DNA from: an uncultured Phycisphaerales bacterium
GTDB lineage: Bacteria; Planctomycetota; Phycisphaerae; Tepidisphaerales; Tepidisphaeraceae
DNA length: 64,000 nucleotides
Direction of reading: 5' to 3'
Assembly (NCBI GenBank): GCA_963758525.1
Contig: CAVWVQ010000003.1
Span: 2,368,001-2,432,000 of the forward strand
Both the position numbers and the translations under genes were made by a program. How positions within the stretch are numbered: the first letter of the stretch is position 1; each line of letters opens with the position of its first letter. The notes under the pieces are model-generated. The model had not been told where the DNA came from, ran no database searches, and saw nothing but the letters and a program-made list of their open reading frames with translations. Below are positions 49,982-59,009 of the stretch, piece after piece.

Positions 49982-51229
49982 ATGAAGTTGATCCGCCAGG
50001 CGGCGGCCTCCAGTTATTGGTCGCCGGAGAAGCTCCACGCGCATCAGGAGCATTTTCTGCGGCTGCTGCTGGAGCACGCGTATGCGAATGTGCCGCTGTA
50101 CCGCCGGATCTACGACGAGGCGGGGTTTCGGCCCGATCACTTCCGGTCGCTGGACGACCTGGGAAAAATCCCCCGGCTCCACAAGGCGATGTTGAAAGCC
50201 GCGCCTCGTCAGGACGTTGTGGCGCGCGGCATCGACTTCTCTCAATGCACGATCGTCTGCACCAGCGGCTCAACCGGGATCCCGCTGAAGATGTATCTGG
50301 GCGCTTTCGAGATGCAGTGGCAGCGGGCAGTCGCGTGGCGGATTCTCTTCGAGCATGGTTACCGCCTGACCGACCGGACGCTGGAAATCCGCATGACGCC
50401 CGGGCCAACCCACTGGCTGCAAAATCTGGGTATCGCCCGAAAAGACTGGCTGTCAATCCTCGATCCGCCGATCTCTTGGGCGCGGCGGCTCGCGAAACGC
50501 AATCACCAGATCGTCATCGCCTCGGCGACAACGCTAGGCGCGCTTGCGGAAGCGGTCGAATCGGCTGGCCTGAAGATCAATCCGCCGCGGCTGATCATTT
50601 CCGACAGCGAAACGCTTGCGCCCAAACGCGGGCGCTGATTACGCGCGTATTGGGGACAGGGCCAGTAGACGTGTTCGGGTTGGTCGAGGTGTCAAACTTC
50701 GCGTGGGAATGCGAAGCGAGGAACGGCTTTCACATCAGCGCCGACAGCCATCTGGTTGAAGTTGATGCCGCGCCCGGCGAGATCGGACCGATGATCGTCA
50801 CCGACCTGCGGATGCGCACCATGCCGATCATCCGGTATGACTGCGGGGACATGGCCGAGGCTTCACCTGGCGATCAGAGATGTTGTTGCGGGCGAACGCT
50901 TCCGCTGCTCCCGCGGATTTTCGGGCGGGCGATCGACTCAGTCTTGCTCCCCGACAGCCGACGGCTCTTCTGGCCGTTCTTCCACGAAATTCTCGGCGCA
51001 GGATGAGCTGTTGCAGTGGCGTGTCACTCAGACCACGCCTCGGCGGATTTGCCTCCAGTTGTCACTGTTGAACGACGATCTGGCGCGATGTGAGCGTATT
51101 GCTGAAGAGGTTCGCAGGCAGTTGCCGCGGGATTTGGAGCTGGTGACCGAGCAAGTTGAGCGGTTCGAGTATGTACCGAATGAAAAAGTTCGGCAGGTGA
51201 TCTCGCTGGTCAAGCCGGGTGTGCATTAA
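49982..51229 (+). CDS. Phenylacetate-CoA ligase-like (PaaK/CapK) adenylate-forming enzyme; frameshifts ~50620 and ~50998
   Basis: HAYANVPLYR, TSGSTG.P, FGLVE, TDL...MPIIRY..GD, CCCGR.LP....GR. Confidence 0.85.
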
Positions 51230-51342
51230 TGAGGGCGTGCGCCAGGCGACACGCGGAGATGAGCGGTCTTTAGCACTGTTGCGGCTCGGTCATCCGTTTA
51301 CTTCTCTTCGCGCGGTTAAAACCCGGGCGCGCGAACGCCCAA

Positions 51343-51460
51343 CTCCCTCTCGCGGTACGCCGGTAGAGGGTCAGGGTGAGGGTGATTTCAAACGTCAGGC
51401 GCCGCTGGTCCTCGAAATCACCCTCACCCCAACCCTCTCCCAGAGTACTGGGAGAGGGAG
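51343..51460. repeat. REP-like inverted pair, family D
   Basis: ccctctc..gtac..gagggtcagggtgagggtgatttc ... gaaatcaccctcaccccaaccctctccc..gtac..gggagaggg. Confidence 0.8.
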
Positions 51461-51514
51461 TGATGAAACGGGCTGCGAACAGGATCCGAAATCGTCCGTG
51501 AGGGCGGAGTTGCA

Positions 51515-52906
51515 ATGAACAAAGTCATCGATCTTGAAATCTCGGACAGAACGACAGTTTGCAAAGCGCGCGTTGAGGAACGGCGATCCGGATCGCATGG
51601 CTCCTCCGCGCCTTCCCTCGTTACCGAGACGCTTGCGACCGCAACCCTTGTCCGTCGCCTGCGCCGGGCGATGCGAGATGATGCGTCACGTGTGTCGGCG
51701 GATCGCGATCGGCTTCTCCGCGAGATGGTTCGTCACGCCTGGGAGCGCGTGCCATTTTATCGCGAGCACTGGAGCGGCGGCGGATTCGATCCGGGGGAGT
51801 TCCGCGGGGAGAGCGACCTGCATCGCATCCCGTTGGCGCGTCCCGCTCAGATCAAAGCGGCGCTGGCCGCGGGGCGGCTGCTGCCTGAAGGGGTGCGGCC
51901 CGAGGACTGCGGATTTCTGGAATCGAGCGGGTCATCATCCGGCGTTCCGTCACGCTACTATCGCGGCGTCAGCGAAGAGCGCATCCGCCGCGCCGTCGGG
52001 CTTCACATTTGGCGCGAGCACGGCTTCGGCTGGCGACACTCCACTGCGCAATTTCAAATCAAGCCCGGCAGCCAGCACGTTCTTCAGCGGCTTGGCATCG
52101 CCCCGAAAACGTGGATTGGATCGACCTTGCCGACCTCTGAGCAGCTCGAATTGTTCCTCAGCGCAGGTGCTGATGTTGTGGCCGGCACGGCAACCGCGCT
52201 GCGGCGCATCAGCCGGGCGATCGAATCGTCGGTACGCAAACCAATGAAAGCGCCCCGCCTGGTGATTTGCGCCGGCGAACTCGCCGACGAAACCACCCGC
52301 CGGCTCGTGCGTCGAACGCTCGGCGCGGAAATCGTTGCGCTCTATGGGATGACGGAGGTCGGTTATGTCGCCTTCCAGTGTGAGCTGCGCAGATCGATGC
52401 ACGTGAATCCGCTTTCGCACATCGTCGAAATCAATCGAAACGGCCGCCACGTTGCCGGCGGAGAGATCGGAGAATTGGTCATCACCGATCTTCATTCGCG
52501 GACCACGCCGTTGATCCGCTACGCCAATGGCGATCTCGCGACTGCCTCTTCCTGCGCGTGTCCCTGCGGACGTTCGTGGCCGCCGATCGCGGCAGTGGAG
52601 GGCCGCGCGTCTGGTTGCATCACTTTGCCCGACGGGCGCGTGCTGACGACTCGCCAGATCGTCGATCACATGGCTGACGCCGCCGACATCGGGCTGTATC
52701 GCATCCGCCAGCACGCGATCGACAAGTTCACCATCGAATTCTTCGACGAGCTTACTGAGGCCCGCCGCACGGCACTGGTCTCCCGCCTGGGCGAGATCAC
52801 CGGCCGGGCGGATATTGTCGTTCGATCCGCTGCCGCGCCGTCGACCGATGGGACGGGCAAGACGCAGTCGGTCGTCTCCGAAGTTCCGCCGGTCATCCAG
52901 GCGTGA
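51515..52906 (+). CDS. Second PaaK/CapK-like adenylate-forming enzyme (start may be downstream)
   Basis: HAWERVPFYR, SSGSSSG, YGMTE, TDL....PLIRY..GD, CPCGR, VEGR, TGKT. Confidence 0.88.
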   Translation: MNKVIDLEISDRTTVCKARVEERRSGSHGSSAPSLVTETLATATLVRRLRRAMRDDASRVSADRDRLLREMVRHAWERVPFYREHWSGGGFDPGEFRGESDLHRIPLARPAQIKAALAAGRLLPEGVRPEDCGFLESSGSSSGVPSRYYRGVSEERIRRAVGLHIWREHGFGWRHSTAQFQIKPGSQHVLQRLGIAPKTWIGSTLPTSEQLELFLSAGADVVAGTATALRRISRAIESSVRKPMKAPRLVICAGELADETTRRLVRRTLGAEIVALYGMTEVGYVAFQCELRRSMHVNPLSHIVEINRNGRHVAGGEIGELVITDLHSRTTPLIRYANGDLATASSCACPCGRSWPPIAAVEGRASGCITLPDGRVLTTRQIVDHMADAADIGLYRIRQHAIDKFTIEFFDELTEARRTALVSRLGEITGRADIVVRSAAAPSTDGTGKTQSVVSEVPPVIQA

Positions 52907-53037
52907 GGTCCCGCGATAGCTTTCTTGAGCGAGTTGTGAGCAGGTGGCGTATTGCCGTTTTCTGCCGTAAAATTGGGTGCTGGACGGGCAGACGGTTCGT
53001 CGATCGCCGGTTCCGGGGGCCGTCGATACTCCCGCTT

Positions 53038-54735
53038 TCAGTTCCGAATCGCCGTCAGCTTGTGCACGCACGTCACCGCCAGCGAGCCGTCGCCGACCGC
53101 GAAACCGACGCGTTTTGTCGATCCGGAGCGGATATCGCCGGCGGCAAGGATGCCGGGGGTCGTGGTTTCCAGCGGGCAGGGCTCGCGGTCCTTCAAGGGC
53201 CAGCGGCCGGATTTGAGGGCGTCCACGCCGGTGAGGATGTAGCCGAGCTTGTCGCGGGCGATGGTGTCGGGGAGCCAGGCGCAGCCGGGGTCGGTGCCGA
53301 TGAACACGAAGGCGGCGCTGACCGGCAGACGCTCTGTGGGCGCACCATTGTGCGGCGTGTCGCTGTCAGCACTGAAGGCGCGCAGCGTCACGCTCTCCAT
53401 CCGGCGTTCGCCGTGCACGGCGGAGATTTCGACGCCTTCGTGAACGACGATGTTCCCCGACGCGAGAATGCGGCTCACGAGGTACTCGGACATGCCAAGC
53501 CCAAGCTTTCGGCGGATCAGCAAATGCACCTTTCGATCGCGACAGCATTCGGAGAGAAACATTGCGGCCTGACCGGCTGAGTTCCCCGCGCCAACGACGG
53601 CAACGTCGAGATCGTTATACAGCATTGCTTCAACCGTCGTGCAGGCGTGGTGAATCCCCGCGGACTCAAATCGCTCGGCTCCTTCGGCCTCCAGCTTGCG
53701 CCAGCGCACGCCGGCGGCGATGAGCACCGTCTTGGCCCGCAGCAAGGTTCCGCAATCTAACTGCAGCAGATGACAATCCCCCGGCGTCGAAGCGGCGGTG
53801 ATGTGCTCAACCTTCACGGGCGCGACCATCTTGGCGCCGAACTTGAGCATCTGCAGGACACTGCGGGTCGCCAGTTCCGCGCCGGTCAGTCCGCTGGGGA
53901 AGCCGATGAAGTTTTCGATTTTCGACGATCCGGCCGCTTGTCCGCCGGGGCCGAGCTTGTCGAGGACGATGGTGCATAGCCCCTCTGACGCGGCATAGAC
54001 AGCCGCGGTCATTCCCGCCGGACCCCCGCCGACGATCGCAAGGTCCACCTGTTCCGAGGGGCAGTGCCTCCATACTCCCGCGCCCTGAGCGAGTTCGCGG
54101 AGGGTGGGGTTGAACAGCAGACGGTCTCGACTGAGTTCGACGACTGGAGACTTTCGCGGCGAGCCCCAGCCCTGCATTAACTTGAGTCCCTGATCGGAGG
54201 TGGAGTCGTACCACGTAAAGGGCACGAAATTCTTGAAGAGGAACTCGCGGACCTGCATGGTGTCGCGGCACTTTCCCGGTCCGACCACCCGCAATCCGAG
54301 CACGCCGGCAGCGGCAAGCAGCCGCCGGCGTTCCTGGAAGGCGATCAGCATTTTTTCCCCGAGCATCGGGACTTTGGTCAGCAACTCGCGAAGCTTGTCG
54401 CCGGGAATGCGGAGCACGCGAGTTTCTCCCCGTGCGACAAAACTGACGATGATCGGCCGGCGCGTGAGCATGTCGATATCGCCGGCAAAATCGCCGGGGC
54501 CGTGCAACACGATGCTTTCGTCGTCGTTGGACGGGTTGAGCACTTCGATTCCGCCGGCCTCCACGACCAGCAGATCGATGTCCGATTCGCCGGCGCGCAT
54601 GATGAACTGGCCATCAGCGAACTCGCAGACGGTGGCCATGGGCCGCAAGGCGGCGAGCTCCGAATCGGTGAGCTTGGGGAAGGCAATCGGGTCGGCGGCG
54701 GATTTGCCAGGAATCTCGATTAGAACGTCGCTCAT
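53038..54735 (-). CDS. cNMP-binding domain + thioredoxin reductase-like FAD oxidoreductase
   Basis: N-terminal cNMP barrel (GPGDFAG), GGGPAG, GGQA..SSKIENF.GFP, GAGNSAGQ, AAGDIR. Confidence 0.92.
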   Translation of the reverse strand: MSDVLIEIPGKSAADPIAFPKLTDSELAALRPMATVCEFADGQFIMRAGESDIDLLVVEAGGIEVLNPSNDDESIVLHGPGDFAGDIDMLTRRPIIVSFVARGETRVLRIPGDKLRELLTKVPMLGEKMLIAFQERRRLLAAAGVLGLRVVGPGKCRDTMQVREFLFKNFVPFTWYDSTSDQGLKLMQGWGSPRKSPVVELSRDRLLFNPTLRELAQGAGVWRHCPSEQVDLAIVGGGPAGMTAAVYAASEGLCTIVLDKLGPGGQAAGSSKIENFIGFPSGLTGAELATRSVLQMLKFGAKMVAPVKVEHITAASTPGDCHLLQLDCGTLLRAKTVLIAAGVRWRKLEAEGAERFESAGIHHACTTVEAMLYNDLDVAVVGAGNSAGQAAMFLSECCRDRKVHLLIRRKLGLGMSEYLVSRILASGNIVVHEGVEISAVHGERRMESVTLRAFSADSDTPHNGAPTERLPVSAAFVFIGTDPGCAWLPDTIARDKLGYILTGVDALKSGRWPLKDREPCPLETTTPGILAAGDIRSGSTKRVGFAVGDGSLAVTCVHKLTAIRN

Positions 54736-54753
54736 GGCGGTATTGTAGTCTCG

Positions 54754-54990
54754 CTATCGAATTGAAGACTGGTTTCTTGTGGGCACGGGCATCCCGCCCG
54801 TGTTGTCTTCGCTCATGCCGGTCTTCGCAAAATCGGCGCGAATGGGGGCCAGCAGCTCGTCGATTGTGGGCTTGGTCACCGTATCCGCGACGAGTCTAGC
54901 GGTGTATGCGGGCACAGACTGCCCGCTGACGGCCGCACGCTTCTCAAGCCGTGCTGCCACATCGTCGGGGATCGAAATAGTCATATCCAT
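54754..54990 (-). CDS. Small ribbon-helix-helix antitoxin-like protein, C-terminus disrupted by a REP-like palindrome
   Basis: MTISIPDDVAARLEKRAA..GQS; cacgggcatcccgcccgtg lies in the 3' end; no toxin gene follows. Confidence 0.55.
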   Translation of the reverse strand: MDMTISIPDDVAARLEKRAAVSGQSVPAYTARLVADTVTKPTIDELLAPIRADFAKTGMSEDNTGGMPVPTRNQSSIR

Positions 54991-55259
54991 GCGAGCTCCT
55001 CTCGCAAAATTATATCACAAAATCATGCCGCTGAGCATTCTTCAGGCGGCGGGTCGTCGGGCAGATGACCACGGCGCGCGCCCGCACGCCGCGTGAGTTG
55101 CCCGTGCCAGAAGAAAAATGCCCCAAGCACGCAAAGTGACAGGCCTCCGGTGTTGCAACTGTTTCAATGCCGGCTTTTGAAGCATCCCGCGGCATACCAG
55201 CCAAAAAAGCGTTCCAATCACAAGTTTAGAATTTGGCGGGGAATACGAATCGAACATGT

Positions 55260-55277
55260 TTTGGCACGTCGTGCGCT
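55260..55277 (+). promoter_or_regulatory. Putative sigma54 promoter
   Basis: TTTGGCACGTCGTGCGCT: GG (55263-64), N10, GC (55275-76), about 40 nt before ATG 55318. Confidence 0.7.
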
Positions 55278-55317
55278 ATGCGTTCGCACGAGCTTTTTGA
55301 GTCAAGAGAGGAGCGTC

Positions 55318-55997
55318 ATGGACAAGAACGCCACGGTAACCGTGCGGGCCGAGCCCTATGAGTATGAATTTGTGCCGGCCAAGTGCGCGCTGCTGATCAT
55401 CGACATGCAGCGAGACTTCCTGGAGCCGGGGGGATTTGGAGAAATGCTGGGGAATGACGTTTCCCAATTGCGGCGAACGATCGAGCCAAACAAAAAATTG
55501 CTGGCGGCTTGGCGCAAGGCGGGGCTTCAAGTCATGCACACACGTGAAGGGCATCGGCCGGATCTCACGGATCTGCCGCCGGCCAAGAAGGTGCGCGGCG
55601 CAGCGCGACTTGCATAGGAGACGCGGGTCCGATGGGACGCATCCTCGTCCGCGGCGAGGCGGGACACGACATTATCCCTGAACTTTACCCGCTCCCGACT
55701 GAGCCGGTGATCGACAAGCCTGGCAAGGGGGCGTTCTTCGCCACCGACTTGCAGGCGATTCTCAATAACCGCGGAATAACCCATCTGATCGTAACTGGTG
55801 TCACGACTGAGGTCTGCGTCAACACCACCGTTCGCGAGGCCAATGATCGCGGCTATGAATGTCTGATCCCCGAGGATTGCGTCGGTTCTTACTTTCCGCA
55901 GTTTCAGGAAATGGGGCTCAAGATGATCAAAGCCCAGGGCGGGATATTCGGGTGGGTCACCAACTCTTCTCAGATTCTCGATGCCATCAACAGTTAG
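55318..55997 (+). CDS. Cysteine hydrolase of the triuret/biuret hydrolase (TrtA/BiuH) group; frameshift ~55600
   Basis: [51 protein letters not shown]. Confidence 0.88.
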
Positions 55998-56114
55998 ACG
56001 ACCATGCACGACCGAGTGTCATCCTCTCAACATTTAGCGGCTGTCCCATGGGCAGCATGTCGTTCGGAATGGACGCGTACTCGCGCCCATTCATCCATTT
56101 AAAAGGAACTTGTC

Positions 56115-57746
56115 ATGAGCACGCTCGAAGCTTCTCCATCATCAGACTTTAAGCCCAAGTTATGGGTGCCGGGAGACTGGAACGCGTTCTTCGGATTTGG
56201 AACCAACATCCTGGTCAACCTGCTGACGCTCAGCGCCCTGCTGCTGTTCGTGCTGCAGATGCCGCCGGACATGGTGTTCAAACGCATTCTTCCCGCCGCG
56301 GGCATGATGATGTGCATGAGCACGATGTATTACGCCTGGCTGGCGTATCGTCTGGCGAAAAAGACAGGGCGATCGGATGTGTGCGCGCTCCCCTCCGGCA
56401 TCAGCGTGCCGCACATGTTCATTGTGACATTCGTCATCATGCTTCCCGTGAAGCTTGCTACAGGCGATCCCGTGAAGGGATGGCAGGCGGGTCTTACCTG
56501 GGTGTTCATCCAGAGCTTCGTGCTGATGCTCGGCGGCTACATCGCGCCGATCGTCCGAAAGATCACGCCGAAGGCTGCTCTGCTCGGCGCGCTGGCGGGC
56601 GTATCCATCACCTTCATTTCGATGAAGCCCGCGCTTGAAATGTATATGACGCCGGTGATTGGCGTCGTCTGTTTTTCGATCATTCTCGTGAGCTGGTTCG
56701 GTGGCGTGAAGTTTGGCGGGATCCCCGCCGGGCTGGTTGCCATCGCGGGCGGTATGCTGCTGGCGTGGGGATCGACGCTTCTGCCCGAGGCGTATCACAT
56801 CGGCGGGATGAGCGCCGAAGGCCTCAAGGCGTCGTTCAAGACCTTCGGATTCCATGGACCGCTGCCGACTGTTGGCTTGGTGCTGGGTGGATTGCACTGG
56901 AGCTTCCTCAAGACGATTCTCGTCACCGCTATTCCCTTCGGCATTTATGACCTGGTGGAAGCGATGGACAACGTCGTCAGCGCTGGCGCTGCCGGCGATG
57001 AATATCCGACCACCCGCGTGCTGACCGCCGACGGCGTGGTCAGCCTGATCGGCTGCCTGATGGGCAACCCATACATCAACGCCGTTTACATCGGCCATCC
57101 CGGCTGGAAAGCGATGGGCGGCCGCATCGGCTATTCCGCGGCCACGGGGGTCATGGTCATCATCCTCTCCTGGTTCGGGATCATCTCGCTGATGACCGCC
57201 ATCATTCCGGTCGTCGCGATTTCGCCGATCCTGCTCTACATCGGTATGCTCATTGGCTCGCAAGCCTTCCAGGAAAATCCGCGACGCCACGCTCCGGCAG
57301 TCGTTGCGGCCCTGGTTCCCTCCATCGCGGCGTGGGGCAAGCTGATGATTGATAACTCGCTGGGCGCGGTGGCGGGCATCCACAGCGTAACTCCAGAGAT
57401 GATCGCCTCAATGGCCCAGACCGGCGTGCTTTACAAAGGGCTCAGCGTGCTCGGGGGCGGCTCGATCCTGGCTGGTGTGGTGCTCGGCGCGATGGTCACC
57501 TTCATCATCGAGCGCGAATTCCTCAAGTCGGCCGGATTCGCGGCAGCAGGCGCCGTCCTCAGCTTCCTCGGACTCATGCACGGGGAAGCTGTCGGACTCG
57601 GGCAGTCTCCGACGGTGGTGGCGGCATATCTGATCGTCAGTGGCGTGCTGCTGGGCTGCCACATGTTCGCGGATGTGCCGGCCGTCTCTCCCGCGGAAGA
57701 AGAAGAGGAACAGGCCGGCGAAGGGGAGCTCGTGCCGGCGACGTAA
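56115..57746 (+). CDS. NCS2/AzgA-like permease, probable triuret/biuret-type N-compound transporter
   Basis: About 14 hydrophobic segments, 'GDWNAFFG', 'ALPSG.SVP', 'VYIGHPGWKAMGGRIGYS'. Confidence 0.8.
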   Translation: MSTLEASPSSDFKPKLWVPGDWNAFFGFGTNILVNLLTLSALLLFVLQMPPDMVFKRILPAAGMMMCMSTMYYAWLAYRLAKKTGRSDVCALPSGISVPHMFIVTFVIMLPVKLATGDPVKGWQAGLTWVFIQSFVLMLGGYIAPIVRKITPKAALLGALAGVSITFISMKPALEMYMTPVIGVVCFSIILVSWFGGVKFGGIPAGLVAIAGGMLLAWGSTLLPEAYHIGGMSAEGLKASFKTFGFHGPLPTVGLVLGGLHWSFLKTILVTAIPFGIYDLVEAMDNVVSAGAAGDEYPTTRVLTADGVVSLIGCLMGNPYINAVYIGHPGWKAMGGRIGYSAATGVMVIILSWFGIISLMTAIIPVVAISPILLYIGMLIGSQAFQENPRRHAPAVVAALVPSIAAWGKLMIDNSLGAVAGIHSVTPEMIASMAQTGVLYKGLSVLGGGSILAGVVLGAMVTFIIEREFLKSAGFAAAGAVLSFLGLMHGEAVGLGQSPTVVAAYLIVSGVLLGCHMFADVPAVSPAEEEEEQAGEGELVPAT

Positions 57747-57780
57747 AATCGAAATTGCCGTTCACTGTTCTCGACAAGAG

Positions 57781-57817
57781 CTGCAAGCTCCACGTTTCTG
57801 TGGAGCTTGCAGTCTTT
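57781..57817. terminator. Intrinsic terminator hairpin between convergent genes
   Basis: ctgcaagctccac gtttct gtggagcttgcag tcttt. Confidence 0.75.
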
Positions 57818-57865
57818 AATGCTCTGATTTTGTACGGTTGACCGTTATGGGATGGAGACAGGTCG

Positions 57866-58285
57866 TCATGGTTTGGCTGAGAGATCGAAGCTCCCTGCCG
57901 GCACGTTGCCCGAGAGCAGGAACACCTGCACCATCGTGCCGCTGGTGAAGACCTGAACGACCGCGCCGGACGCGGGGTCCACTTCCGCGGCCGCCTCGCG
58001 CACGTCCATCCCGGTAATCCGTCTGATTTCTTCGCGCAGCGTTGCCGACGCGCTCAGAAATAACTGCCGATGAAACTCCTGCACCTTGGCTGCGCCATCC
58101 GCGCTCTGCGCCATCGCCTGTTCGGCCGGAGACAACGCGCCGTGCAGCGTGACCACCAGCGTATCCCCGCTGAGCACAACGCTGACCGATTTAGGCTCGT
58201 GGCCGGTCCGCGCCTGCTGGAACGCGGTTGCGGCCTGGGCAATTTGCTCTGCCATTGTTTGTTTGGAATGCTGCGTCACATTCAA
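57866..58285 (-). CDS. DUF2294 / MpsC-family protein
   Basis: 'FQQARTGHEPKSVSV.L....LVVTLHGALSPAEQ', 'I..ITG..V'; TTG start at 58285 or ATG ~58255. Confidence 0.85.
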   Translation of the reverse strand: MNVTQHSKQTMAEQIAQAATAFQQARTGHEPKSVSVVLSGDTLVVTLHGALSPAEQAMAQSADGAAKVQEFHRQLFLSASATLREEIRRITGMDVREAAAEVDPASGAVVQVFTSGTMVQVFLLSGNVPAGSFDLSAKP

Positions 58286-58306
58286 ACCCCGTCTTCGCGA
58301 AGTGCG

Positions 58307-58416
58307 AAAAAAAACCGACGTGCTTCAACACCGCTGAGGTGCTCAATCACGCCGGATTACTCTGCAACAAGCCCCCCGACTGCGCGGGTTGCCTTTTATT
58401 TAGTCGTCCGACGACT
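58307..58416 (-). ncRNA. Structured leader RNA with intrinsic terminator (candidate attenuator or riboswitch)
   Basis: Hairpin 1 58402-16, A-rich linker, bulged hairpin 2 58369-95, terminator stem 58315-55 plus U8 (58307-14), 22 nt before the DUF2294 start. Confidence 0.65.
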
Positions 58417-58507
58417 GTAGATATTGCCCATTTGGCGGGCCTTTTCAGGTCGGCCTGCTTGTAACCCTACCCCTGTAACTCTGGAATAGCAATAAGTAAT
58501 ATAGCAG

Positions 58508-58888
58508 CTATCTTCGTTTTGCTTCACGGAAGACAGGCAATCCAGCCAGAGTGAACAAAACGACCTCCTCGCCGGTCACGGTGCTGATGTCGTGATGCAG
58601 ACTCATCGATTTATTGCCGGTGATGCTCTCCACCATCGCCTCCATGGTGGGCCGTGCGATTTCGATCAACTGGCTGCGCACCTGCTTCAGCAGATCTCTG
58701 CCTTTCTCGGGCGGGAGCGTTTTCACCAGGTGCTGCTCCGCGGCGGTCAGAACGCCGGTCAGTCGGACGACAATCAGGTTATCGATCAGGTGGGCGCGAA
58801 CGTCCTTGGGGCCTCGCCCCATGTATTCCTGTTCAAAACGGCTCATGCCCTCTGCAATAGCGCTCTCGATTTCGCCCTGAGTCTTCAT
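58508..58888 (-). CDS. DUF2294 / MpsC-family protein
   Basis: MKTQGEIE..I......FEQEYMGRGP, VRL.GVLTAAE..L, G..LLKQVR, SLHHDISTVTGE. Confidence 0.92.
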   Translation of the reverse strand: MKTQGEIESAIAEGMSRFEQEYMGRGPKDVRAHLIDNLIVVRLTGVLTAAEQHLVKTLPPEKGRDLLKQVRSQLIEIARPTMEAMVESITGNKSMSLHHDISTVTGEEVVLFTLAGLPVFREAKRR

Positions 58889-59009
58889 CAGGAAAAGGAG
58901 TATACCATGCAACTAGACATCGCTGGTGATTTCCCTTTGATCCCGGAAATGGACGGGAAGCGCTACGAGCTTTATTCAGACGGCACATTCGCCGAGGTCG
59001 ACCGTTAGA

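Noticed and set aside
58907..59008. 33-aa ORF MQLDIAGDF… with an AGGAG RBS
   Set aside because: No recognisable family. It overlaps the likely extended -10 promoter (TGGTATACT) of the divergent DUF2294 gene, so it may be a remnant or chance.
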